Positions 11,055 through 21,124 of a DNA stretch of 64,000 nucleotides are shown here, in pieces. Origin of the DNA: an uncultured Nitrososphaerota archaeon (GTDB lineage: Archaea; Thermoproteota; Nitrososphaeria; Nitrososphaerales; Nitrosopumilaceae); NCBI GenBank assembly GCA_963824385.1, contig CAWGPD010000004.1:352001-416000 (forward strand). The letters run 5' to 3'. The position numbers and the translations under genes are program-made. Below the pieces are notes generated by a model. It did not search any database and had not been told where the DNA came from. It was given only the letters and a program-made list of their open reading frames with translations. The number at the start of each line of letters is the position of its first letter. Within the stretch, counting starts at the first letter, position 1.

Positions 11055-11279
11055 CTATAAACTACTCAGGAAATTTCCAAGTTGAGTTTCTGCTGAATCT
11101 AGTATTGCAATACAAGGGCCACTTGTAATTACATACCTAATTGCATGAAAGGTTAACAGTATCAGAGTCTTACCAAAGAGAAGTGTTGTCTTGCTTGCTA
11201 CTTCAAGAATGGTAGTAAACGCAACTTCATGGGCATGTTTCTTTATTTTATCAGAGTTTTTATGATGAAAAATGCTCAT
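11055..11279 (-). CDS. Hypothetical protein
   Basis: ORF tightly packed in operon (4-bp overlap with the TPR gene, 1-bp gap to the next). Confidence 0.5.
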   Translation of the reverse strand: MSIFHHKNSDKIKKHAHEVAFTTILEVASKTTLLFGKTLILLTFHAIRYVITSGPCIAILDSAETQLGNFLSSL

Positions 11280-11753
11280 GAGTACATTTGCTCCTGTTTG
11301 CCTTGCAGATTGATTAGTTGATTCTTCCAGAGTAGTGCGTGTTGATCTTTTGGATTAATTTCTAATACTTTGTCATAGCATTGTATTGCAGACTCGTATT
11401 GTTCTAGTTTACAAAGACTAGATGCCTTCCCTAGAATTGAATGAGTATCTCCAGCCTCTACAGAAATTGCCTTGTCATAGAATACAATTGCATCAGTGTA
11501 TCTTCCAAGGTAATAGTATGCTTCTGCCTTGTAATACAATGCAGTAGAGTCTTGCGGATGTTTTTGTAGAACTTTATCAAGATATACAATTGCTTCAGGA
11601 TATGTTTCTATTCTAAGAAGAGCAAATCCCTTGTGTAATAATGCATCACGGTTGTCAGGCTCTACTCCAAGAATTTTATTATAACATTCTATTGCATTAT
11701 TATACTTGGCTTTCTTCTCAAAATCTTGACCTGTCGAAATATTGTACGGACAT
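11276..11753 (-). CDS. Tetratricopeptide repeat protein (frameshift near 11730)
   Basis: Frame extends upstream of the called ORF (YNNAIECYNKILGVEPDNRDALLHKG...); about 4 TPRs; ATG at 11753 is out of frame. Confidence 0.8.
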
Positions 11754-11945
11754 TAATCTTATTTTCAGTCAGTTCCGTAGAAGACAGGGTGTTTTTTGTA
11801 TTTTTCATACAATATATTGTATTCAATATTACTTAACTTTTACCGATATGTAATTCAGTTATACTTAATTTCTATGCGTAAAATAAATCTGTTTTAAATC
11901 CACATTCAACCAAACTTAATTAGCCTATGCACAAATCAAGAAATC

Positions 11946-12494
11946 ATGCTTCCAGAACTTGATTTAATTAAAAAAACACGGTCAAGGCTTGGCATGACAC
12001 AAAAAGAACTTGCAAGAAAAAGCAGTATCAGTCCCTCCATGCTAAATCAAATAGAGCGCAAGGGTGCGCAACCAAGCTACGCCACGGCAAAAAAAATATT
12101 TGAAGTACTGGAAACTGAGGAAAACAAGGTACGCCTAAAGGCAGGAGATATTTGCACGCGTAATATCATAACACTTTCACCAACAGCCACGGTAGGTGAT
12201 GCAGTAAAGTTGTTAAGTTCTAAAAAGATCAGCCAGATACCCATAATGAACAGAAATACTTGTGTGGGACTGATAACAAGTGACGATATAACATCCCAAC
12301 TGGGTAACAACTTGTTTGATATAAAGACTAAACTTGGCAAGATTGAAAGTTCCCAGCCGCCAGTCGTATCAATTGACAGCCCAGCCATCAGCCTTAGATC
12401 ACATCTGTCTTACTCTAAATGCATTCTTGTATCAGACAAGGGAAAGATAGTTGGAATTATTACATCGGAAGACTTTCACAAATTGATAGATTAA
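11946..12494 (+). CDS. XRE-type HTH + CBS-pair transcriptional regulator
   Basis: RLGMTQKELA..SISPSMLNQIER; two CBS domains (ISQIPI, VGIIT). Confidence 0.88.
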   Translation: MLPELDLIKKTRSRLGMTQKELARKSSISPSMLNQIERKGAQPSYATAKKIFEVLETEENKVRLKAGDICTRNIITLSPTATVGDAVKLLSSKKISQIPIMNRNTCVGLITSDDITSQLGNNLFDIKTKLGKIESSQPPVVSIDSPAISLRSHLSYSKCILVSDKGKIVGIITSEDFHKLID

Positions 12495-12550
12495 AAATTA
12501 GCCCAGCGGTTCCACCGATTGGTCATGATATTTAATCTGGGCAGATTCAG

Positions 12551-13396
12551 TTACCGTATTTTTGAAGTTGTGAATTTGCACTCGTACTCTTGCTCAAAGA
12601 ATATCTTTGGTTTTTTTTTCTCTTCTAGGATAAACTCCTCAGACAGTATTTTGCCAACTGCAAGAGTATACGGCAATTCCATCTTGTGCATTTGTCCCTC
12701 ATTCCACAGGTCATAGAATATTCCGCGTTTGCCATTTGGCGTGCTTACGATTATCAAGTCCCCGTCTGTGTTTGCAATGTTTGGCCTTAATGCCCCATAG
12801 ACTGCGGCATCATCTTTTTTCCTGATAAAGGCAGCCTCGTCTAAAAATACGCAGATGACATGGTCCGGACCGCGTACTGCCTCTGCATCTGCAGGAAATA
12901 CTCGAATTGTAGTGCCGTTGAATAATTTCATGCTTGACTTTGTACTCTTTTTTATCAAATCCGAATATGAAAAATGCACCCCGTCAAGGTCAGTAAACCC
13001 GTTTTCAAACAATCTTGAAAACCTATCCAATGTAGCCTCTGCCTGCAACATCCTGTTTCCTGCAACTATCATTATATCGTATCCAGCATATCTGAAAAAA
13101 CAATTCATTGCAATGGAACGAAGTACGGTCTCTGTAACACCTATCTTTCTTGATTTATTGATTATTACCCTGCGTTTCTTGTTAATCGCTGCATCAATAT
13201 CAATCTGAAAAGGCAAGAGTTTGATAGTCTTTTTCTTGTCAGGTGAGACTGGCAGTCCTATCATTGTATTAAATTTTTCAAAATCTTTTGGAACATTCGG
13301 TACATGAACTGTTTTTTGAGTTTGCGGGTTCTCAAGATAAGTTGCTACTACTTTCTCAATGTATCTTGCAAGTGATTTTGTCATGTTACTTGCCAC
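12551..13396 (-). CDS. Terminase large-subunit-like ATPase (Terminase_6-type N-terminal domain only)
   Basis: LLPFQ (Q motif), INKSRKIGVT (Walker A), VRG, VFLDEAAF (Walker B), IVSTPNG..G.FYDLW (motif III), FEQEYECKF; no RNase H nuclease domain follows. Confidence 0.85.
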   Translation of the reverse strand: MASNMTKSLARYIEKVVATYLENPQTQKTVHVPNVPKDFEKFNTMIGLPVSPDKKKTIKLLPFQIDIDAAINKKRRVIINKSRKIGVTETVLRSIAMNCFFRYAGYDIMIVAGNRMLQAEATLDRFSRLFENGFTDLDGVHFSYSDLIKKSTKSSMKLFNGTTIRVFPADAEAVRGPDHVICVFLDEAAFIRKKDDAAVYGALRPNIANTDGDLIIVSTPNGKRGIFYDLWNEGQMHKMELPYTLAVGKILSEEFILEEKKKPKIFFEQEYECKFTTSKIR

Positions 13397-13853
13397 TTCT
13401 CTTCCTCAAAGATTCTTCTACGCGTCGGTCTATTTCATCACTTGTTGCCATAACCAGAGCATATGGTACCTTTTTCTCTATTAGTTCCATAATTGTCTTG
13501 ATGCAGTACTGAATCGAACTTGTAAAAGTTTTTGGAATTGTTTTATGCTTGTCACGATATGCTTGTACCTCAGATTGTAACTCGGCAAGAATTTTGTATT
13601 CCTCAGAGAGTAGACTGTCAATGGCAAGGACTATGCTTTGTCTTTCTTGTCTCTCTCTTGCAAAGAAATCCTTGTTTTCAGATTCTGTAATATCCTGAGA
13701 CCATTTGTTAAAATAATTGCATACAGTTTTGATATTATGACCAGTCTTCTGTGCGGCAAAAGTTGCACTAAGGTTTTTCTCAAAATACGGTCGGAGTTTG
13801 TTTGCAATCTCAGCCTCAATCTTTTTTGGAGGTCTGCCTATAATCGCTGTCAT
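13386..13853 (-). CDS. Putative terminase small-subunit-like HTH protein
   Basis: N-terminal GRP + HTH (SATFAAQKTGHNIKTVCNYF) + helical region; overlaps the start of the TerL-like gene, which is the usual TerS position. Confidence 0.55.
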   Translation of the reverse strand: MTAIIGRPPKKIEAEIANKLRPYFEKNLSATFAAQKTGHNIKTVCNYFNKWSQDITESENKDFFARERQERQSIVLAIDSLLSEEYKILAELQSEVQAYRDKHKTIPKTFTSSIQYCIKTIMELIEKKVPYALVMATSDEIDRRVEESLRKRSGK

Positions 13854-14089
13854 ACATTATTTACACGCTTGTCACATAAAAAACTATTGAAAAATTACAA
13901 TTAAGAAATTCAATATACATTAATGTAATTAATCTACATTAAATTATAAACATGCAAGTATTTCTTTTTCCATTATCTTCCATTTATGACATTCGTGCTT
14001 TTTTCTAGGTCAAAAAAGTAATTCAACAGGTTCAAAAAAGACTATTACTAACTCAAAAAATCCACCCAGCTAGAATTAATAAGGTATAG

Positions 14090-14107
14090 TACGGTACCAA
14101 TACCGTA
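14090..14107. promoter_or_regulatory. Inverted repeat TACGGTA-N4-TACCGTA, probable autoregulatory operator
   Basis: Lies 2 bp before the ATG of a wHTH gene. Confidence 0.5.
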
Positions 14108-14109
14108 AC

Positions 14110-14454
14110 ATGAAAACTAGAATGACGTACATATCAGTGGAAGTGGCAGATCATTTCTCAGATTTCATCATAAAAAGAGATGAGCAGGTATTAGATGCAG
14201 TAAAAGCACGAACCAGAGATTTTAGTACCATTTCCATTCTAAAATTATTATATCAGCTAAGGTGCAATGCTATGACTTTCTCCGATCTATATGTGAAATC
14301 AAATATCAGAATGAAGAGATCGTTTCTAAATTATCTTCATCTGTGTGTATCATATAATTTCGTAAGCAAGGAACCCAGTGGATCAAATATGGTGTATTCC
14401 ATAACTGACAAGGGAAGGACAATGTTGGATCTATTCATGCAAAAAAGCAACTAG
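14110..14454 (+). CDS. Winged-helix transcriptional regulator
   Basis: MTFSDLYVKSNI...YSITDKGRTML wHTH signature. Confidence 0.75.
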   Translation: MKTRMTYISVEVADHFSDFIIKRDEQVLDAVKARTRDFSTISILKLLYQLRCNAMTFSDLYVKSNIRMKRSFLNYLHLCVSYNFVSKEPSGSNMVYSITDKGRTMLDLFMQKSN

Positions 14455-14501
14455 GGTATAATTGCATAATTCTTTTATTCCAATCACATAGAGCAGAGTC
14501 A

Positions 14502-15521
14502 TTGGGAATTACTTACAAAGATGCAGGTATTGATATCAATAAGATAAAACAGAGTCAGGCAAGCATAGGAAAACTCATTGCATCTACTCACAAGTTACAA
14601 AAAAAGGCAAAGATAATGTCTGGATTTGGACACTATGCTGGAATTGTAGAAATACCAGGAGGTACACTATTAGCAACCCACACAGATGGTGTTGGAACCA
14701 AAGTCATGATTGCACAATCTATGAAAAAATATGACACTGTTGGAATAGATTGTGTTGCAATGAATGTAAATGACATAATATGCATCGGTGCAGTTCCCGT
14801 ATCTTTTGTTGACTATATTGCAGCCAATAGAAATGATCAAGACATATTCAAGCAAATAGTTCGAGGACTTGTAAAAGGTGCAAAAGATGCCCAAGTTCCC
14901 ATAGTGGGCGGCGAGACTGCGATATTGCCGGATTTAATATCAGGGAAGAATTTTTCTTTTGATCTAGCAGGAATGGTTGTAGGAATTCTCAACAAACAAG
15001 ACATGATCCTTGGCGACAAAATAAAAACAGGTGACATTATCATCGGAATAAACAGTAGTGGACTACACTCAAACGGATATTCACTTGCAAGAAAGGTGCT
15101 TTCAAAATATTCCATGAGAGAGAAAATAAAAGGTTTAGGAATTCTTGGCGAAGTACTTCTTGCTCCTACTGAGATCTATGTCAAACCAGTTTTGCAGGCA
15201 ATCAAAGAATGTAACATCCATGGACTGGCACATATCACAGGCGGTTCATTTACCAAGCTTTTAAGACTAAAAAAGACTGGATTTTTGCTAGACAGCCTAC
15301 CGGTACCTCCTTTGATATTTCAAATAATTGAGAATCATGGTGTTGTAAGAAAAGAGATGTACAAGACGTTTAACATGGGAATTGGATTTTGTATAATTGC
15401 GCCAAAAAAAGAAGAAACAAGAATAAGTCAAATCTTCAAAAAACATGGATTTCACAATAGGCAAATTGGCAAGATAATTGAGAAAAATGGCGTATACATA
15501 GACAAATTAAGAATAGCATGA
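14502..15521 (+). CDS. purM: Phosphoribosylformylglycinamidine cyclo-ligase (AIR synthetase)
   Basis: YKDAGID, TDGVGTK, GGETA, SSGLHSNGYSL, HITGG, TFNMGIG. Confidence 0.96.
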   Translation: MGITYKDAGIDINKIKQSQASIGKLIASTHKLQKKAKIMSGFGHYAGIVEIPGGTLLATHTDGVGTKVMIAQSMKKYDTVGIDCVAMNVNDIICIGAVPVSFVDYIAANRNDQDIFKQIVRGLVKGAKDAQVPIVGGETAILPDLISGKNFSFDLAGMVVGILNKQDMILGDKIKTGDIIIGINSSGLHSNGYSLARKVLSKYSMREKIKGLGILGEVLLAPTEIYVKPVLQAIKECNIHGLAHITGGSFTKLLRLKKTGFLLDSLPVPPLIFQIIENHGVVRKEMYKTFNMGIGFCIIAPKKEETRISQIFKKHGFHNRQIGKIIEKNGVYIDKLRIA

Positions 15522-15596
15522 TTACATGTGAAAATCAGAAAATTTACCTGATTACTCTAGATTAGGATTTAATACCCAAATTCATTCTAACAAGTC

Positions 15597-17184
15597 GTGC
15601 AAAAAGCAGGTGTAACGTTTGAGGATGCATGTAAAGAGATATCAGATAATCTCCTCTCCATTTCCAATCCTACAGACAAGGATACAAAAAGAGAGGTCAA
15701 AAGAATTTGTATAAAATACGCACTGGAGAGAATTCCAAGAAATTATGAGATACTAGCACATGTGACAGGCACTGATTATATCAGACTTCAAAAAGTCTCT
15801 AGTACGAAAACCTGTCAAGACCGCATCAGGGGTTGCAGTGATTGCACTGATGCCAAAACCATATGCATGTCCGCATGGAAGATGCAGTTATTGTCCTGGA
15901 GGCATTGAATATAATACTCCAAATAGTTACACAGGACGAGAACCATCAACACAAAACGCCATAGCAAACAGCTATGATCCAAAAAAGCAAATTCTTGACA
16001 AGCTAGAACATCTCATAGCATATGGTCATGACAGTACAAAGCTAGAACTAGTAATAGTAGGTGGAACATTTCTTTTCATGCCGCATAGTTATCAGACCAA
16101 TTTCATCAAATCATGTTTTGACGCTTTAAACGGATTTGATTCTCAAGATTTAGACTCGGCTCAGAAAAATAATGAGAAAGCAAATTTTAGAAATGTTGGA
16201 TTTACTATAGAGACCAAGCCAGATTATTGTAAGAAAGAACATGTAGACTGGATGCTAGAATACGGAGTAACTAGAGTCGAGATAGGAGTACAGAGTCTTC
16301 ATGAGAAAGTATACAAAATAGTAAACAGAGGACACACCTACAAGGATGTAACAGAATCATTTCAAATATCAAAAGACGCAGGTTATAAGATTGTAGCACA
16401 TATGATGCCAGGCCTTCCGTCAATGACACCAGAAGAAGATATTTCAGATTTTAAGCAGTTATTTTCAGATCCAGAATTAAGACCAGATATGTTAAAAATA
16501 TATCCAACATTGGTTCTTGAGAATACTCCCCTTTACGATATGTACAAGCAAGGAAAGTTTACTCCATATTCAGATGACGAGATGGTACAAGTCCTAACAG
16601 AGATTAAAAAAACTATTCCAAGATGGGCAAGAATAATGAGAGTTCAAAGAGAGATATCATCAGATCAAATAGTAGCAGGGCCAAAACTTGGAAACTTGCG
16701 TCAAATTGTCCAGCAAAATCTAAAAAAACAAAACATTTCTTGCAAATGCATCAGATGTAGAGAAGTTGGATTGTCTGAAAATACGATTAACGTTGATGAC
16801 ATAAAACTCCACAGAGAAAATTATGATTCTTCATACGGGCATGAAGTTTTCTTGTCATATGATGATTCCAAGGACAGAATATTTGGATTTTTAAGATTAA
16901 GAAAACCAAGTGATAAAGCACATAGAAGTGAAGTTAAAGGAAATACATGCATTGTAAGAGAGATTCACGTATATGGCAAGTCATTAAAATTAGGAGAAAG
17001 AGATCAGGATGGAATCCAACATTTAGGATTAGGAAAGAACTTGGTCAGTGAAGCAGAGAAAATTTCAAAAGAAGAATTTGATTCAAAGAGATTGTTAGTA
17101 ATAAGTGCAGTAGGAACAAGAGAATATTATAAAAAACTTGGTTATGTTCCTCTTGGTCCATACATGTCAAAGGATTTGAAATAA
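15597..17184 (+). CDS. elp3: tRNA uridine(34) acetyltransferase Elp3 (frameshift near 15798)
   Basis: KPVKTASGVAV joins CPHGRCSYCPGG; GGTF; GNAT C-terminus QHLGLG...GTREYY. Confidence 0.92.
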
Positions 17185-18773
17185 TGGAAGAAGAGCAACA
17201 AATAATCGGCAGAGGAACATGGATAGACAAACTTGCAGATGATCTTTTACAACGAGAAAAGACACTTGGAAGAAAGACGGATATAATAAGAGTAGAAAGT
17301 GGCCTAGGAGCATCTGGAATTCCCCACATTGGAAGTTTAGGAGATGCAGTTAGAGCATACGGAGTAAAACTTGCTCTTGAAAATTTTGGATACAAATCAG
17401 AATTGATTGCATATTCTGATGATTTAGACGGATTAAGAAAAATTCCTGAGGGGTTGCCAGAATCTCTAAAAGAACACATTGGAAAACCCGTCTCTTTTAT
17501 TCCAGATCCATTTGGATGTCATGATTCGTATGGTCTGCATATGAGCAGCCTCCTTTTGGACGGTCTTGACAAACTTGGAATAGAGTACAAGTTTCAACGA
17601 GGAGTTGATACATACCGAAATGGGCTACTCAAAGATCAAATTCATACAATATTGACAAACAGTAAAAAAATTGGTGAAAAGATAGCAGAGATGGTAGGTC
17701 AGGAAAAATATCAAGAGACATTACCATACTTTCCAGTATGTGCAAATTGTGGCAGGCTGTATACTGCAATGGCATACGAGTATTTGCCTGATCAAAAGAA
17801 GATCAAATACAAATGTGCAGATACAACAATTGGTTCAAGACCATTACAAGGATGTGGCCATGATGGAATTGCAGATATTACAAAAGATCTAGGAAAACTT
17901 CCTTGGAAGGTAGAATTTGCTGCAAGGTGGCAGGCCTTTGATATCAGATTTGAGGCATATGGTAAAGATATCATGGATTCAGTAAAAGTAAACGACTGGG
18001 TAGCAGAGAAGATTCTGAACTTTCCAGCTCCAACTCATGTAAAATATGAAATGTTTCTTGATAAAGGAGGAAAAAAGATATCAAAATCACTTGGAAATGT
18101 GCTTACTTCGCAGGCCTGGCTTAGATATGGAACACCCAAAACAATTCTTTTGTTACTTTACAAAAGAATCACAGGAGCGCGTGAAGTAGGTATTGATGAC
18201 ATACCAGCCCTAATGGATGAATACAATGAACTTGAAAATATCTACTTTGGAAAAATAAAACTGGACAACGAGACCAAAGTTGTAGAATCCAAGGGCTTGT
18301 ATGAATATGTGAATTTACTAAATCCTCCAAAGGCTCAAAAGCCATATGTCAATTACAGATTATTAATTCAACTCTGTAAAATATTCAGAGAGAACAGAAT
18401 CCCACTTGTTACAAAAAAACTAGTTGAATACGGAACAATTAAAGAATCAAGTCAAGAAATAGATGAGCTCATAGCACTTGCAGGAAATTATGCTGATGAT
18501 TATGACAATCCAGCAAAAATTGAGATTCATCTAGATGACATTTCAAAAAAAGTCTTGACTCATCTAGGGAATATATTATCATCAGAAGAAGAGCCAGTAG
18601 ATCTTCAGAATACCATATATCAAATTGCAAAGGATAACGGCATGCAACCAAAAGACTTGTTTCGTGTATTATATCAAATAATATTAGCATCAGACAGGGG
18701 TCCAAAAATCGGACCTTTAATCATAGATATAGGAAGAAAGAAAGTCGCCATGTCGATTTCTGAATACACGTAG
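17184..18773 (+). CDS. lysS: Lysine--tRNA ligase, class I
   Basis: SGIPHIGS and KISKS motifs; GKLPWKVEFAARW; GPKIG. Confidence 0.96.
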   Translation: MEEEQQIIGRGTWIDKLADDLLQREKTLGRKTDIIRVESGLGASGIPHIGSLGDAVRAYGVKLALENFGYKSELIAYSDDLDGLRKIPEGLPESLKEHIGKPVSFIPDPFGCHDSYGLHMSSLLLDGLDKLGIEYKFQRGVDTYRNGLLKDQIHTILTNSKKIGEKIAEMVGQEKYQETLPYFPVCANCGRLYTAMAYEYLPDQKKIKYKCADTTIGSRPLQGCGHDGIADITKDLGKLPWKVEFAARWQAFDIRFEAYGKDIMDSVKVNDWVAEKILNFPAPTHVKYEMFLDKGGKKISKSLGNVLTSQAWLRYGTPKTILLLLYKRITGAREVGIDDIPALMDEYNELENIYFGKIKLDNETKVVESKGLYEYVNLLNPPKAQKPYVNYRLLIQLCKIFRENRIPLVTKKLVEYGTIKESSQEIDELIALAGNYADDYDNPAKIEIHLDDISKKVLTHLGNILSSEEEPVDLQNTIYQIAKDNGMQPKDLFRVLYQIILASDRGPKIGPLIIDIGRKKVAMSISEYT

Positions 18774-18775
18774 AC

Positions 18776-18964
18776 ATGGCTCATAGTGAATACAATAGAC
18801 CCAAGGGAACAGGCGTAATACTAATTGCAATAGGAATAATAATTTTTTTCTTTGCTCCAAGTTATTCTAAACATAGTCTCATAGAACGAATAATAATCAC
18901 CGTTCTTGGCTTTGGGATTGGTGGCATGGGATTTTACATTTCTTTTTTGAAAAAAAGAGCATAG
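18776..18964 (+). CDS. Small membrane protein
   Basis: Two TM segments; starts 2 bp after the lysS stop. Confidence 0.6.
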   Translation: MAHSEYNRPKGTGVILIAIGIIIFFFAPSYSKHSLIERIIITVLGFGIGGMGFYISFLKKRA

Positions 18965-19019
18965 TTTCAAGCATGCCCTAAAAGCAATACTTTTCTTACC
19001 TTAAACCAGAGTTCTTCTA

Positions 19020-19838
19020 ATGGGACTTTTTGGGCACAAGAAGAATTTGGGGAAAAATACAGAGGAGAAACTAGATAAGAAAACTCATGCCTTAGATGAA
19101 AATGATACATCTCATGAAGAGATTAATGATCTCAAAAAAGAGATTCAAGATACTGCAATAATGCTTGGAACATATTCACAGCAATTAGAGAGGGCCAAGA
19201 CTGAACTTGATGCTGTCACCCAGGAAGTAAAAACAGTACGAGAAGAAATAGAATTAACAAAAAGTGATGTCCAGTCCAAAAAGGCAGAGACTGATTCCAT
19301 CCTAAAACAGATCAAAGTTTCAAAGGAAGAATTGGAATTAACAAAATCACAGTATGTACAAGAAGAGGTAGAACGAATAAAGCAGCAAATCAATCAAGTG
19401 CAAGATGAATTATCAAAAATAAAGTCTGAAAAAGAATACGCTGTTTTAGAATTGGAAGAAGTAGAATCCAAGGCATCTTCTACAAGAGAAGAATATGAGA
19501 AAATTTTGTCAGCTAAAGGAGTCGAAGAAAAGACAATCGCATCATTAAAAGATCAACATGAAATGAAGAAAAAGGAGATTACATTGGCTAAAAAAGAACT
19601 AGAGTTCATAGAAAGAGAACTTGCCACAGTAGGAAAAAATAACAATACACAGAGAATTGTAGAGGCTGCAGGAGCAGTTGCTGCAGCAATCAATGCAAAA
19701 TACGAAGATGCTAAAAAAGAACTTGAGATAATCAAAATTGCTCTTGCAAGAACAAAGGAAGAATATGAAACTGCAAAAAAAGAGATAGATGAATTAAAGA
19801 ATAATATCAGTGCAAAAAACACTACAAGTGAAACATAA
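19020..19838 (+). CDS. Coiled-coil protein (MGLF- start)
   Basis: E/K-rich heptads; IVEAAGAVAAAINAK motif. Confidence 0.75.
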   Translation: MGLFGHKKNLGKNTEEKLDKKTHALDENDTSHEEINDLKKEIQDTAIMLGTYSQQLERAKTELDAVTQEVKTVREEIELTKSDVQSKKAETDSILKQIKVSKEELELTKSQYVQEEVERIKQQINQVQDELSKIKSEKEYAVLELEEVESKASSTREEYEKILSAKGVEEKTIASLKDQHEMKKKEITLAKKELEFIERELATVGKNNNTQRIVEAAGAVAAAINAKYEDAKKELEIIKIALARTKEEYETAKKEIDELKNNISAKNTTSET

Positions 19839-19893
19839 TTTTTAAGTAAAACAATTAGACAGCCTTTTAAGACATGAACTCCATTTTGACCTT

Positions 19894-20124
19894 GTGAATG
19901 AGGCTTTTGTCTTATTAAATGTCGATTATAAGCAACAAAAAAACATAATCGAGACTGCAAAAAAAATTCCAATGGTAAAAGAGGTAAAGACGGTTTATGG
20001 AATCTATGATGTTTTGGTAATCTTACAATCAGACAATATGCAAGATATCAAGACTGCAATTGATGTAGATTTACATAAAATAGACGGGATTAACAACCTC
20101 ACATCGCTTATTTCTGTAAACTAA
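19894..20124 (+). CDS. Lrp/AsnC ligand-binding domain protein
   Basis: AFVLLN...VYGIYDVL. Confidence 0.85.
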   Translation: MNEAFVLLNVDYKQQKNIIETAKKIPMVKEVKTVYGIYDVLVILQSDNMQDIKTAIDVDLHKIDGINNLTSLISVN

Positions 20125-20125
20125 A

Positions 20126-21100
20126 TTGTCCCAAGAATATGAAATTATAATAGTTGGAGGCGGACCTGCTGGATTATCTGCAGGAATATTCATAGCAAGA
20201 CAAAAAGTCTCTTGTCTCTTAATTTCAAAGGATTTAGGCGGGCAGTTAAATTTGATACCAAAACTTGAGAATTATCCCGGAACTATAATGTCAAGCGGAC
20301 CATTACTTGCAAAGACCCTTGAGAACCAATTTCTAATGTTTGGAGGAGAGATGATATATGATACAGTTGAGAGAGTAGATGAGACAGAGACAGGGATTAA
20401 AATTAAAACAACTCGTTCTGAATATACAGCAAAAGCACTAGTTGTTGCACCAGGAAAAGTACCAAATAATCTAGGTGTTGAAAATGAATCTACATTTGTA
20501 AACAAGGGAATACATTATTGTACAAAATGTGACGCTCCGTTTTACCAAGGAAAGACAACTGCAGTTATTGGAGTAGGAGCATATCTGTTAGAATCAGGCA
20601 TTTTACTTTCAAGAATGGCATCAAAAATATACATGATTTACAAAGGAGGCGCACTTGGTGGAGACAAAGAAATGATTGCATCAATTGAAAAGAAAGAAAA
20701 CATAGAGCTTGTTCCCCAGTCTTCTGTCAAAGCAATATCAGGTACAAGTAATCTTCAGTCAATTACAATTGTAAACAATTCAGGAGTTGAGAAAGTGGTT
20801 AACATAGACGGACTTTTCATAGAGATGGGTTCAAAGATAAATCTTGATTTTATAAAACATCTAGTAAATATCAATACCAAAAGTGAGATCGAGGTTACAA
20901 GTGATGGAAAGACATCCCATCCAGCCATATTTGCGGCAGGTGACGCATCAAGTATTCCCTACAAGCAAATCATAGCAGCCTGCTCTGGTGGTGCTAATGC
21001 GGGATTATCAGCCTTTAATTACATTGAAAAACTCAAGGGACGACCAGGAATAAGAGCAGACTGGAAGAAGACCATAGGCGATACTGTATTTCATTACTAA
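20126..21100 (+). CDS. trxB: Thioredoxin reductase family FAD/NAD(P)-dependent oxidoreductase
   Basis: GGGPAG; HYCTKCD redox motif; IFAAGD. Confidence 0.88.
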   Translation: MSQEYEIIIVGGGPAGLSAGIFIARQKVSCLLISKDLGGQLNLIPKLENYPGTIMSSGPLLAKTLENQFLMFGGEMIYDTVERVDETETGIKIKTTRSEYTAKALVVAPGKVPNNLGVENESTFVNKGIHYCTKCDAPFYQGKTTAVIGVGAYLLESGILLSRMASKIYMIYKGGALGGDKEMIASIEKKENIELVPQSSVKAISGTSNLQSITIVNNSGVEKVVNIDGLFIEMGSKINLDFIKHLVNINTKSEIEVTSDGKTSHPAIFAAGDASSIPYKQIIAACSGGANAGLSAFNYIEKLKGRPGIRADWKKTIGDTVFHY

Positions 21101-21124
21101 TTATAATACACAAGTAATTTTAGA

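Noticed and set aside
12551..13853. Intact provirus
   Set aside because: No portal, capsid, tail or integrase genes and no att repeats in the window
15597..17184. Programmed frameshifting or true pseudogenes in elp3, aroB', thiDN and bcp
   Set aside because: No consistent slippery motif, and similar indels are scattered window-wide, so sequencing error is more parsimonious
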